From NCBI GenBank assembly GCA_047967505.1, contig CM106538.1: DNA of 64,000 nucleotides. One strand, given 5' to 3'. Below, in pieces: positions 39,700-52,969 of this stretch. Made by a program: the position numbers and the translations under genes. Source of the DNA: Dipteris shenzhenensis. Taxonomy: Eukaryota. The notes beneath the pieces are model-generated. The model was not told where the DNA came from and did not search any database. It saw only the letters and a list, made by a program, of their open reading frames with translations. How positions within the stretch are numbered: position 1 is the stretch's first letter; every line of letters begins with the position of its first letter.

Positions 39700-41760
39700 A
39701 AAAAATTTGAAGAGAGAGGAACTAGAGAGAGAAAGGGAGGGGAGGAGAAGGAGAGGATGGAGGGGTGGGAGGGAAGGGAGGAGGAGGGGAGGCAGAGGCG
39801 GGGGCGGGGTCGAGGGGGGGAGGGGGGAAAGGAGGGGGGAAGGGGGGCGGGGGGGAAGGGGGGGGGCTGGGGCAACCTCCCTAGAGGGGGGGAAGGGGAA
39901 GGGGGGGGAGCGGTCGCCACCCCCCCTGGAGGAGGGGAAGGGGGGCGGGGCAGGAAAGGGGGGGGAAGGGAGGCGGGGCGAGAAGGGGGGAGGGGGGGCT
40001 GGCGCCCCCTTCAGGGGGGGAAGGGGGGCGGGGCGGGAAGGGGGGGCTGGCAGGGGGGGGCTGGCGCCCCCCTCCAGGGGGAAGGGGCGCGGGGGGGAAG
40101 GGGGGATGGGGGGGTGGAGGGGGATGGGGGCTGGCGGGGGGGGAAGGGGGGAGTGGGGGGGGCTGGCAGCCGTGGCCGCCAGCTCGGGGGAAGGGGGAGG
40201 GGGGCGGGGGGGAGGGAGGGGGGGCTAGCGGCCATGGCCACCAGCCCTAGGGAAGGGGGGTGGAGCGGAAACCCGAGGGATTCACTCTTCATGAAAGGGG
40301 GACGTCACCTGTGTGCATGAACTTCAAGAAAACCCCCTATTTAAGATCCATGTAGGATGATAAAACACCCCTATTTAAGCTTATAAGATACCACCAAAAT
40401 TCTATTATGTCCCCCCTTTCCTTAAATCTACATTCTTTCTCAAGCATTTAGATCACACAATAAGAAAATTTAGATTACTTTCCCTATGACGATTTAAAAC
40501 CATACACAAAACCAAACTTGTTTGGACTAGTCACCCAAGATAGCCTATACTATGTCCCCCCCTCTTAAATATGGCATGGCCCCCCTAACTTAAATTCAAT
40601 ATTGGGAAAAAATAAAAGGCCCCCCACCCCTAATGTATAAGATTATGCCTCATTTAAAAAAACCCCCCTATTGTACACTCACGTGATATCATAAGTTTCC
40701 TCTTGTGAATCCCCCGGGAGCGGAAAGGGGGTGGGACGGGGGCGGGGGGGAAAGGGGGGAGGGGGGGCTGGCGACTACGACTGCCAGCCCTAGGGAAGGG
40801 GGGGTGGAGCGGGAAGGGGGTGGGACAGGGGCGGGGGGGGCCAAAGGGGGGAGAGGGGGGGCTGGCGGCTGCGGCCGCCAGCCCGGGGGAAGGAGGGAAG
40901 GGGGCGGGGGGGAAGGGGGTGGGACGGGGGCAGGGGGGAGGGGGGGCTGGCGACCGTAGCCGCCAGCCTGGGGAAAGGGGGGCGGGGGGGAAGGGGGGGC
41001 AGGGGGCTAGCGGGGGGGAAGGGGGGAGGGGGGGCTGGCGGCCGCGGCCGCCAGCCCTAGGAAAGGGGGGGTGGGGGGGAAGGGGGTGGGACGGGGGCGG
41101 GGGGGAAAGGGGGGAGGGGGGGTTGGCGGCTGTAGCCGCCAGCCCTGGGGAAAGGGGGGTGGAGGGGGAAGGGGGGGGAAGGGGGGAGGGGGGGGGCTAG
41201 CAACCACGGCTGCCAGCCTTAGGGAAGGGGGGAAGGGGGTCGGACGAGGGCGGGGGCAGGGAAAGGGGGGAGGGGGGGCTGGCGGCCACGGCCGCCAGTC
41301 GGGGAGAAGGGGGGAGGGGGGCGGGAGGGAAGGGGGGAGGAAGGGGTGGGACGGTAGGGGCTAGCGGGGGGGGAGGGGGGGCTGGCAGCCACGGCCGCCA
41401 GCCCTGGGGAAGGGGGGAAGGGGGGGTGGAGGGGGAAGGGGGTGGGACAGGGGCGGGGGGGCAAAGGGGGGAGGGGGGGGCTGGCGGCCACGGCCGCCAA
41501 CGCTGGGGAAGGGGGGTGGAGGGGGAAGGGGGTGGGACAGGGGCGGGAGGGGAAGGGGAGGGCTGGCAGCCACAATCGCCAGCCGTGTGGAGGGGGGGAA
41601 GGGGGGTGGGGGGCTGGCGGGGGTGGGAGGGGGGGGGAGGGGGAAGGGGGTGGGAGGGGGGCGAGGGGCTAGCGGGAGGGGGGGAAGGGGGGGAGGGGGG
41701 CTGGCAGGGGGGAAAAGGGGGGGGCTGGCACCCCCTTCCAGGGGAAGGGGGGCGAGAGGG
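39700..41760 (+). repeat. Extremely G-rich minisatellite with recurring GC palindromes
   Basis: Dense G-runs. About a dozen variants of GGGCTGGCGGCCGCGGCCGCCAGCCC, a perfect 26-bp palindrome at 41032-41057. Confidence 0.92.
40272..40718. mobile_element. 447-bp MITE with 14-bp TIRs and 8-bp TSD inserted in the G-rich array
   Basis: TSD AGCGGAAA at 40264-40271 and 40719-40726. TIRs CCCGAGGGATTCAC / GTGAATCCCCCGGG. AT-rich interior. Confidence 0.9.
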
Positions 41761-42135
41761 GAGCAAGAGATTAAGAGAGAGAAGAGGAGGGAGGGAGAGA
41801 AAGAGAGAGAGGGAGAGAGAGAATGAGAAATGAGAGAGAAGAGTAGGGAGGGAGAGAAAGAGAGAGGGAGGGAAGAGAGAAGAGGGGTTCCTTAAATGAG
41901 AGAGAAGAGTAGGGAGGGAAAGAAAGAGAGAGCTGAGAGAGAAGAGATTAAGACAGAGAAGAGGGGCTCCTTAAATGAGAGAGAAGAGTAGGGAGGGAAA
42001 GAAAGAGAGAGCTGAGAGAGGGAGAGAGAGAAGAGAGTCTCCTCGCAGCAATGAGAGAGAAGAGTAGGAGGGAAAGAAAGAGAGGGAGGGAGAGGGAGAG
42101 AGAGAGAGAGAAGAGAAGAGGGAGACTTAGGGAGA

Positions 42136-42190
<55 letters not shown>

Positions 42191-42244
42191 GGAATGAAAC
42201 TTCTCTGCTAGAAGAGTAGGGAGGGAAAGAAAGAGAGGGAGGGA

Positions 42245-42280
<36 letters not shown>

Positions 42281-42328
42281 AAGAGGAAGACTTAGGGAAA
42301 GAGAAAGAGAGAGAGGGAGAGAGAGAGA

Positions 42329-42368
<40 letters not shown>

Positions 42369-42473
42369 GGGAGGAATGAAACTTCTATGCTAGAGGGAGG
42401 GAGAGAGTAGGGAGGGAGAGGGAGAGAGAGAGAGAGAAGAGAGGAGGGAGACTTAGGGAGAGAGAAAGAGAGA

Positions 42474-42519
<46 letters not shown>

Positions 42520-42603
42520 GGAGACTTAGGGAGAGAGAGATAAAGAGAGAGGGAGAGAGAATGAAACTTCTAGCGGCCGTGGCCGCCAAGAGAGGGAGGT
42601 AGA

Positions 42604-42648
<45 letters not shown>

Positions 42649-43125
42649 CTCGCAGCCGTGGCCACCAAGGGAGGGAGGGAGGGAGGGAGGGAGGAAGGCT
42701 GAGAGAGATTAAGAGAGAGAATTCAGAGAGAGAGAGAGACATAGAGAGGGAAAGAATGACAAATCCTAGCGGCCAAGAGGATAGAGGTAGGGAGGTAGAG
42801 ACGGTAAGAGAGAGAGAGAGGGAGAGAGAGAGAGAAGAGGAGAGAGAGAGAGAGAGGGAGAGAGATGGAGAGAGAGAGAAATAATTACAAATCCTAGGGA
42901 GAGAGAGAGAGAGATAAAGAGAGAGAATGAAAAATCTTAACCGCCATGGGAGGGAGAGAAAGAGAGAGTTGAGATAAACTAAGAGAGAGAATGAGTGGGA
43001 TGAGGACAGAGAGGGAAACACATAAGAGTTGTCAGAGAGAGAGAGAGAGAGAGATTAAGAGAGAGAATGAGGTGTCTTGACTATGGCTACAGAGAGATTT
43101 AGGAGTCGAGAGAGAGAGAGAGAAA
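41760..43125 (+). repeat. Long GA-rich polypurine tract
   Basis: (GA)n blocks with interspersed GACTTAGGG and GAATGAAACTTCT motifs. Confidence 0.95.
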
Positions 43126-46100
43126 GTAAAGAGAGTTTTATATATTTACATGTTTTATATTATACTTTTAAAAATTATAAAAGAGTGAATTTATGGTTTG
43201 TTTTGAAGGTGAGATAATATTTTTATATATATTCATCTTTTAAATTGAAAAATGTTAACTTTTCTTTAGATACTTGTTCTTCATTTATCTCACATGCAGG
43301 TTTAGCCTCTACATCAAAACCCCTTCTTTTGCATATTTAAGCCTCTTAAACCCCAGCACATTAAAATGAACACAGAAAAAGAAATTATTTATTGCTTTTC
43401 TTCGCTTCGACGGTTGATGCTCAAATTTTTCTAACTAGTTCCTAATCGTTGTCAGTCCCTTCGCTCACATGTAGTTTAACACTCATAACATGCTATTAAA
43501 TAAGACCTTTTACCATTTACCAAGAAGTTTATCAGTGGGCAGATTGCATGAGCAGATATCAGTGGACAGATTACATGTCATGGGACATATTGGAGCTTGA
43601 TGATTATTGGTTATTTTTATTGCATTTGTATAAATATTTAAGCTCCTTTATGTCATAAAAAACCTTGTAAAGCCTTCTATGCTATTTTTTACATTTATTA
43701 TTATATGAAGTGCCTTGTAATAAACCCGACCATCCCGACCATTCACTATTTAATGAGTATAAGTGGGATGCATAAGTGGATATCATGTGGGCTGCATAAG
43801 TGGATATCAGTGGAACAGTTTTTCGTGGGTAGATTGCATCAGTTGGATATCAGTGCATAGATATCAATGGATGGACAGATTACATGTCATCACGAAGATT
43901 GAAGCTTTATGACTAGAGGGCAAATCAATGGATGGAGAGAGTACATGTCTTCACAAAGATTGAAGCTTTATCACTAGACAACATTTTATATTACTGTCAA
44001 GCTTTATTGGCTAATTTTTTTACATTTGTACAAATATTTAAGCCTTGTAAAGCCTTCTAGGCTATTTCCCACATTTATTGCCATATGAAGCCTTGTAAAG
44101 CCTTTTGGGCTATTTCCCACATTTATTGTATCAAGGGTTGTATATTTGTATCTAAATTCTTCATTATCTTTTCTTATAGGATTATGGAGCAATCAACTAA
44201 TGTGGTGGCTATCGTAAATGACTCTGAGATCAGAGAATGGGTTTTTGATGTCACTTTGAATTTCAAAGGAAAGGAATATGGCCCCAATGGCTTTGGTAGG
44301 TGGACTCGATATCACATGGGCAAAAGAGCTTGGTTTCTTCATCAAAAGGAAAAGAGACTCTTTCTACTTATGTCAAAAAGGGAGTTCAATGGTGTTGAAG
44401 ATCCATGGGATGCTACTTTCTTCAAAAAAGATATGACTTCAAGCCTTGTGGTAGGCATAATGATAGAGCCAAAAGAGACCTTTGTGGATATTTTTACAAA
44501 GAGTTCAGATCCTGAAGTTGGCGGTATTCATATTGTTGTGTCAAGGAGAGACTCAAAGACCTTTGTGATGCCTCCTCCTCAACCATCAAAGTTTCCAGAG
44601 GTGCAAAGTGCATTGGAGACTCTTTCATATACTTGGGAGCAATTTCCTAGTGTGGTGGCAAAAAGGATGCATGCAAAGATAATGTTTGAGTACTTTCAAG
44701 ATGCACAATATGCTCCTCATATTCAAGGATCTTCACATGAAGGAGATCAAAAAGCTCAGACTTCGATGCAGGGACAAGAAGAACAGGCACACTATCACAA
44801 ACGTGTAGAACATGAGCACAAACTTCTAGAGTAAGAAATGGTGGATGTAACTAAGGATGATGAAACACAAGCCTTGAGTGCATGGGAATTTAAAAAAATT
44901 AAAGAAGATCAAGGTCGATCCACTGCAGTTATGCTAGAAGCTCTTGCTAGCAAACCACGACGTGAAATGCAAAAGGCTAGTACTGCAAGAGCCACGGTTC
45001 CAAGCAGTAAAAAAAGACATCGTCCCACTGTAGAGAGAGATAATGTGGATGAAAAACGGTTAAAAGAAGAGAAAGATGAAGAAGACTCAGAACCCAAGGC
45101 TGAAGATGATCAGGATGAACTCACATCAATCAAAAATCTTAATCTACGTCTTAATGAAGTAGTTACAGATGATGATGTGGGATATATTTGGGGTCAAAGG
45201 ACGTGGTTTGTGAATGCCAAAGATGTGGAAGCTGCAGCTCTCTTTACTAATAGCTGAAGCCTTGATATATCCTATGCAATGCAAATATACGAGGCTTTGA
45301 GAGATGGTAAGAAACCTATGGCAAGCAATGTGGTCTTGCGCCCAATAATGTTTTGTCCAACCAAAAATAGTTTTCTGGATCAAATAACATTTACAGGGCC
45401 TACACATTTCGAGGAAACCTTTAGTCGATTCTTTAAAGACACTCTTAAAAATATTCCACATGAACAAGGTGAGAATATGCTAAAGGAAGCAAAGAAGGAA
45501 TTCCTCCTTCATTACAGATTCCAGCCCATGGATGGTCAACATTGGGCTTATGCTTATAATCAGATCGCAAGGGAAGCAAAGGAGGTCAAAAGACTCACTC
45601 CAGAATAATTTGCAAAGATAAGTTCATTCCATTATTATCCTACAACAATCTGTATATTCAAGCATGAGATCAAGTATTTGATTGAGTCCGAAAGACTTAA
45701 TCATTATGTCCATGGAAAGCATAAGATATCCTCAACATCAGAGGTCTTACAAAAGGCAAGTGTTATATGGACAACATTTGGTTCTCCAAATCCTGATTTG
45801 AAGTGAAAGGTCACAAAAGCAGACGCCGACACACTCACGAACTTCTATACTTCTTTGAGTGCAGTTGTGCCTAGGGGAACTCAAGAGTGAGAAGAAAGTA
45901 TGACAAGCCTCAAGGTGGTGAGGGACAGATATGCCGACTACACTTCTATCATATTTCGTCCTGTTGAAGTGTTCAATGAGATGCTTGAAACGTGCATTGC
46001 TTGTGAGCGTGGATAGTTGACCTATGAAGCTCCTTTGTTTGTCTCCGGAAAGTCAAAGGTAATGGATAAGAAGGAGTTGACGGCAAGGATGTGGAGGCCT

Positions 46101-46362
46101 ATAAAGTACTTACCTGACAAGTATGCATCCATGGCAGCACAAAAAATTTTAAAGAAAGAATGGTTTTTTGGAAAAAAAGACAAAGACCACTGCATGGAAG
46201 AATGCATCAATGTACAGAGGTGAGGCGTGATGCAGTGCATAGTGCCATTAAGTATTTGCTGTCAGAGAAACAAATTCCACTTACTCATTATAACATTGAC
46301 TATAATGTGGTGAAGCATATGGCTTCTTTGTCAACACCCAAGGTAAAGCTATGGGCAAATAG

Positions 46363-49300
46363 TGTGGGGGTTAAAGGTCACTGTGCCTTTACCCCAGTTA
46401 TGTACAATACTCAAACACATATATAAATGAATGAAAAAGAAGATTAGGGTGGTTCTGCACCCACCAAACTTGTGTGGCTCTCTGTCTCTCTCTCTCCTTC
46501 TTCCGTTCTTGCTTCCGTTGAGAGCACTCTCAACTGGTATCAGAGCCCGGGTGATCTAGCTAAGCGTGCGTGAATGCTTGAAGCTCAGTAGCTCTGTGGG
46601 AGGAAGGAGAAGCTTTGTGAGAAGCTTTGTGGGTGACTTTACTTGCATCCGAGTGTGCAGAGACCTTGGAGAAACCTTTGGAGAAGTCACTTTGGCTTTG
46701 CGAAGTGGTTTTGAGAGCCTGTTAAGAGCTTTCAAAGAAAAAGTCGTTTTTTGAGCTTTTTCCTGTTCCGTTCGATGACAGAGACTCCGTATTGACTTGT
46801 AGAGGCAACTATTGCTTGCTTTTGGTGTCCACATTACTTCAAGAGCTTGGAAACACCTTCATTCTTGAATTTGAGATCATTTCAGTGGATTTCTGACTCA
46901 CTGTGTCAGTTCCTGCGTTTTTTGCCCGGGTGTTGGAACTCAAGTTTGGAGCAACCATTTACAGATCTGTCAGTTCCGGTGGACTCAAGAGGTCCTAAAA
47001 CTTCTATGTTGCTCATCATTCGCACTCCGGTGGAGTTTACAAACAGCTCTATTTCAAAAAACGTTTTTTAGTCCGTGTGTTGGACCCAGTGATTGAGACC
47101 ATGATTTCCAAAACCGTCTGTCCCATTGCGTTCCGGACGCCCAAAAGCCCCTACCTATCAGTTCTTGCGTGAGTCGGTGGAGGATTTTCATAGTTATAAA
47201 TCTCTGTGTATTCGATTTCATCTCTCTGTTATGCATTTTCATACTAAGGTTTTGAAACCTTAGATTTATGCCACATGGCAGTGGATAAGTGTTGACTCCC
47301 ATTTCTCACTCATCGGTTGGGATTTTGGAGTTCTGGCAGAAGAGAGATATTTGCAGATTTTCTTGCTGAGTCCGATTATGCAATGGCGCCCATGTTTTGA
47401 AGCATCTCAGGTTCTATTTTCAGTAGCGCTCATTACCGTGGGACTATGATTTCTTGAGCATACCTTATGCAGATCACTCTGGTTGCAGTTTGAGCAGTGT
47501 GCGCTCATTCGTGGTATGCATTGGGTTGCAGTGGATGATTTATAGGCCATTTGGATGCATTGCGGTCCTTGTTGGATGCGCTGATAGGCCCAAATTGCCT
47601 TGTAGGATGCTATTTTTTATGGACGCTTTGCACATGGATGCTATTTTATGCTGAGGGACAGCTTTGACACATTGTTGGTGATGCACTGATAGTGCTATGC
47701 TCTCTTAGATGAGATATAATTGATGCATATGCCAGTGGACGGTGTTTATGCTTGAGTTATTTGGCACTTATTGGCATTTTCTTTTGGGCCAGATTTGCTC
47801 ATATGGATGCATAGTATATGCACATGAGTCAGATGCATCTTTTGATGCTTTGAGCTTTGAGTCTTTTGTGATATTTCAGTCTATTGTGGCATACACATTT
47901 GGGTGCACCTGGTATTGGTGTGATTCTCTCTTGAGGCACTAGCATTTGGGATTTTGCTTTATTTGCATCATGGCATCCTCTTCCATGTCTGAAAAGGAGT
48001 TTTTCAACATTAAAAAGTTTGATGGGACAAACTTTTCTTTGTGGAAAGAACAAATAAGGGATGTGCTTATTTAAAAGAAGCAGATTAAACCCTTGGCAGG
48101 GATTGAAGCTAAGCCTGCAAATATGTCTGAGGATGATTGGAATGAGTTGGATGCATTAGCAAAGTCTACTATTAGACTTCATCTTGCAGAGTCAGTTTAT
48201 TTCACAGTAGTAAATGAGCAGACTACTGAAGATTTGTGGAAGAAACTATGTGCCACTTATGAGAAGGAAACTGCCTCTAATAAAGTTTACCTCATGAAGA
48301 GGTTGTTTGAGCTGCAGATGAAGGAAGGGGTCTCCATTGCTTCTCACTTGAATGAATTCAATATTATTTTCAGCCAGCTTCAGGCTCAGAAAATGAATTT
48401 TGATGCGGAGACTAAGGCAATATTTCTCTTGTGTTCATTGCCATCCTCATGGGATACCTTCCATACAGCTGTCAGTAACTCTGCACCTGGTGGAGTACTG
48501 AAATTTGATGATGTTGTGGGTAGCTTGTTGGCCGAGGAGATTAGACGGAAGTCTATGGATGGCAACAAGCAGGATGCAGCCTTAAATGTGCAAAGGGGTA
48601 GATCACAGTTCAGGGGGAAGTCCCAAGAAAGAGGGAAGTCACGTAGCAAATCCAGGGCACGGAACATTGAGTGTTACCATTGTGGCAAGAAGGGCCATAT
48701 GAAAAAGGATTACTACAAGCTGAAAAGTGAGCAAAAGGATAAGAAAAAGAATGCAAATTGGGGTGCAAATCAAAAGGAAGAGAGTCCAAGGGAAGACAAA
48801 GCAAAAGTGAAGATCAAGGAGATCAATGCAGTGGACTTTGTATCCCTTACATGTATCAGGGGTATTTGATCATGTTGTTGCCATAACCGAGCAGCCAAGC
48901 ACTTCTTTGTGGCATTGCAGGTTGGGGCACATGAGCCAGAATGGAATGAAACTCTTATGCCGTTTGGGTTATGTACCGCATTTGAGTTTCTCTGATTTTG
49001 AATTTTGTGAGCACTGTCTCTATGGGAAGCAGACTAAATCAGCCCATAAAAGAAGGGGAAAGAAAGAGTTTGAAAAGCTTGATTTGGTGCATTCAGATGT
49101 ATGCGGTCCCATGCCTACACGGTCATTAGGCGGGGCTGAATACTATGTGACATTCATTGATGATGCAACTAGGAAAGTGTGGGCTTATGCTATAGCTCGG
49201 AAGAGTGATGTGTTCCAGGTATTTAAGAAATGGCTGGCCTTGGTTGAGAATTAGTCAGGTAGAACGCTTAAATGCCTACGGACTGACAATGGTGGAGAGT

Positions 49301-51853
49301 ATCTCTCTCATGACTTTCAGCATTTCTGTGATACACATGGGATTAAGAGGGAGCTAACATCCCCTCGTACTCCAGAGCAAAATCCAGTTGCAGAAAAGAT
49401 GAACCGTACCATTCAAGAAAGGTTGCAATGCATGTTTTCCAATGCAAGTCTTTCTGGTGGTTTTTGGGCTGAGGCAATGAAGACTGCAGTGCATGTGATC
49501 AATAGATCACCTAGTAAGAGTTTGGATGGTGGTATTCTTAAAGAGGCATGGAGTGGCAAGAAGCCCTCTTACTCTCATTTGCGTATATTTGGGTGTGAGG
49601 CATATGCACATGTGCCAAAAGAGCTTCGAAAGAAGCTAGATCCTAAGTCTAGGAAATGCATCTTTCTAGGTTATGGTGAAAGTGGAGAGATGGGCTATCG
49701 TCTCTGGGATCCAGAAGCAAAGAAGATCATACGCAGCCATGATGTGGTCTTCAATGAGAAGAAGATGCATAAGGCACCCATGAGGGATGTGGAAATGAGG
49801 AGAATCACTTTCCAAGATGTGAATCCACCTGCATATGTTGATAGACAGCAAGCTATCCATGCACCAAATGTGCAAGAAATGGTGCCACCAAGTACTCCCA
49901 CAGGTATACAATCAAGGGTAGATGATGGATCATCTATTGGTGGAAATGATGAGCCAAATGTGGCTGATATGCAAATGGGACAGCAAGCTGAAATGCCCTT
50001 GAGAAGATCATCTAGAGTGTCTAGACCGCCTGATAGGTTTGTTCCAGGGGTAGACTATGTGATGCTTACTGATTGCGGGGACCCTTCTTGCTACAGAGAG
50101 GCTAAGATGCATGAGGATCAACGCAAGTGGGAGTATGCTATGCAATCAGAGATGAGTTCACTTATGAAGAATAAGACTTGGGACTTGGTTTCTTTGCCAC
50201 ATGGAAAGAAAGCATTGCCATGTAAATGGGTCTACAAAATGAAGGTCACAGGTGATGATGTGCCTAGGTACAAGGCCCGTTTGGTTGCTAAAGGGTTCAA
50301 GCAAGAGAAGGGTGTGGACTTTGATGAGATATTCTCTCCGGTTGTGAAGATGACCACACTTAGATGCATGCTTGGACTAGTGGCATCAGAGGATATGGAG
50401 CTTATGCAGATGGATGTCAAGACAGCTTTCTTGCATGGGGATTTGCATGAGGAAATTTACACGGTGCAGCCGGAAGGCTTTGAAGAAAAGGGCAAAGAGC
50501 ATTTAGTTTGCAAGCTGAAGAAGAGTCTCTATGGTCTTAAGCAAGCGCCTAGAGAATGGTATCAGAAGTTTGATGCTTTCATTCGGTCCCAGGGTTTTAG
50601 AAGGAGTGAAATTGATCACTGCCTCTACACTAAAAGGGCTAAGGATAATAGCCTGATAATCTTGGCACTATATGTGGATGATATGCTATTGGCTAGCAAG
50701 AACACTTATGAGCTAGATGCATTAAAGGGCAAGTTGCATGAGGCCTTTGATATGAAGGATTTGGGACTTGCAGGTCATATTCTTGGTATGCGCATCACGT
50801 GTGATCGGAGTAGGAAACTCCTTTGGCTTTCACAAAAAGAGTATGTTACGAAAGTATTACAACGTTTCAATATGGAGGGGGGGAAGGCAGTGAGTACTCC
50901 ATTGCCTCCATATGTGAAACTGAGTCATACAGATAGTCCCAAATCAGATGAGGAGAGGGCCATGATGGCCAAGGTTCCTTATGCATCAGCAGTTGGGAGT
51001 CTTATGTATGCTATGATAGCTACTAGACCAGACATTGCATTTGCAGTGGGAGTTGTTAGCCGGTATATGGCTAATCCAGGAAAGAGGCATTGGGAGGCAG
51101 TTAAGTGCATCATGAGGTACATGAAGGGTACCAAGGAGATGTGCATCTGCTTTGGTAAAGGAGACATGTGTGTACTTGGGTACACAGATTCAGACTATGC
51201 AGGGCATGTGGATAGTAGGAGATCCACTTCTGGTTATGTGTTCACCTTTGCAGGTGGTGCAGTGTCGTGGATGTCTCGTGCACAGAAGTGCGTTGCTTTG
51301 TCTACCACAGAGGCTGAGTATGTTGTAGCCACAGAGGGTTGCAAGGAGGCTATATGGCTTGATCGGCTAGTGGGAGATTTGGGGATTCATACAGGTGTAC
51401 CGACATTGCATAGTGATTCCATGAGTGCTATTCAGCTAGCACGGAATCCGGTCTTTCATGCAAAGACCAAACACATTGAGGTCAGGTACCTTTTCGTCAG
51501 GGAGGTACTTGAGGACAAGCGCATAGAGCTTATCAAGGTTCATACAGATGATAACCCTACAGATATACTGACGAAGAGTCTACCTAGTCAGCGGTTTGAG
51601 TATTGTCGTGTATTGATGGGCATTGGATAGTATGCTCACTAGTTGTTCTCCCTTAAAGGCACATTGTCCTTTAAGTGGGAGGTTGTGGGGGTTAAAGGTC
51701 ACTGTGCCTTTACCCCAGTTATGTACAATACTCAAACACATATATAAATGAATGAAAAAGAAGATTAGGGTGGTTCTGCACCCACCAAACTTGTGTGGCT
51801 CTCTGTCTCTCTCTCTCCTTCTTCTGTTCTTGCTTCCGTTGAGAGCACTCTCA
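46363..51853 (+). mobile_element. Ty1/Copia LTR retrotransposon with both LTRs intact (170 bp)
   Basis: LTRs 46363-46532 and 51684-51853 (TG...CA, one mismatch seen). PBS TGGTATCAGAGC at 46535-46546, PPT AAGTGGGAGG at 51673-51682, TSD AATAG / AACAG. Confidence 0.97.
47970..51630 (+). pseudogene. Copia gag-pol with stops and no protease domain
   Basis: Gag KFDGTNF with TAA at 48072, CYHCGKKGH knuckle, then a frameshift straight into LWHCRLGHMS. Integrase has TAG at ~49252. RT (LYVDDML) and RNase H are open to 51630. Confidence 0.93.
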
Positions 51854-52969
51854 AACAGGTGGATTAAAAAGGATGAAGATGGTTCAAAAATAGTAACCTC
51901 TTATATGAGAAAAGAAATCCCACAACAGGTGGTTGCATATGTGGAAAGATTAATGAGTGAGATAAGGATGCCGACAGATATGCACCAAAGCTTTCAATTC
52001 AAAGTAGAGGTTACGGCAGAGTCTGGAAAGCTTGTGAACTTCAGGGGAGTCTCAGAAGATGACTTCTTCAAGAATGAGTCAGCATGGGATAAGCCACAAC
52101 TATTCTTTATCAATGAAGTTTCTAGCGATGATATCCATAACTTCATTGATAGAATAGTATATACCACCATTAGCAAAGTGGCAATTTGCAACATTGTCAT
52201 TTTTGTTGATAAAAAAGACAAAGAAGCCATGCAGGTTACTCTAGAGCAAGCATATTCATCAGATTTGAAGATCTATAGTGGTGTTTATGCAGCAAAGAGA
52301 GGCAAGAGAGAATGTGGCATAGCGATTCAATCTCTTGAATCATTCTTTTTGTGTATGCAGAGTCCCAACCCTGATCACTCCTTGCAAAAGAACATAAGAG
52401 GGAATTCAAATAATTTGAGATTGATGCTAGAAGAGCAAGATATTCCCAGGTCCATACATTATCAAAAAAACAACTATGGAAGTCCTGCAAAAAGTGGGAG
52501 TCTCTTGCTTACCATGATGGAGAATTTGCTACCGGTAGGTTGGGAGGTCGCCTTGTGCAGGATGGGATATTTATTTGAGGATCTCCTCAGAAAAGGCAAC
52601 TCCACAAATATTATTGAAAATAAGCATTTCATGGCTTATTTTCAGCTTCAAGCAGATCTAACCACAGGCTATGAAAAAGAGATAGACCACAAGGACACTG
52701 ATGACATGGATGATTACCTTGAAGATCATAATGTCCCAGTTGATGATGATGAAAAGATGGACTTACATGACCCGTTCAGAGAGAGGTTGGTGGATGAAGA
52801 CAAACATGATGATGCCTTCTTTGATAATTATGGCTCGCAGGGTTATGAAAAAAGGCCACTACGACAATACTTAGTGGTATGAACTCTCTATTTCTCAACT
52901 AAATACAATTTTTTAAATAAGATTTAAATTTAAAGATAATGAATCTAATCTCTCATATTTGTTTATAGG

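Larger units (their letters stand above)
44184..52882 (+). pseudogene. Large (~1050-codon) gene, ParB/DGQHR-like domain plus degenerate DNA MTase-like C-terminus, split by Copia
   Basis: ATG at 44184 just after acceptor TTCTTATAG. Same frame from 44184 to ~46220 through several stops, then one frameshift. QPMDGQHW at ~45522-45545. Removing the Copia and one TSD restores KVKLWAN-RWIKKDEDG in frame. Confidence 0.65.

Noticed and set aside
39687-43021. Gly/Pro-rich and Leu/Ser-rich ORFs (collagen- or extensin-like)
   Set aside because: They are translations of low-complexity G-rich and GA repeats, open in many frames on both strands.
51752-52882. Stand-alone 376-aa gene starting in the Copia LTR
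   Set aside because: The first ~34 codons are LTR sequence; the rest is the in-frame continuation of the gene starting at 44184.
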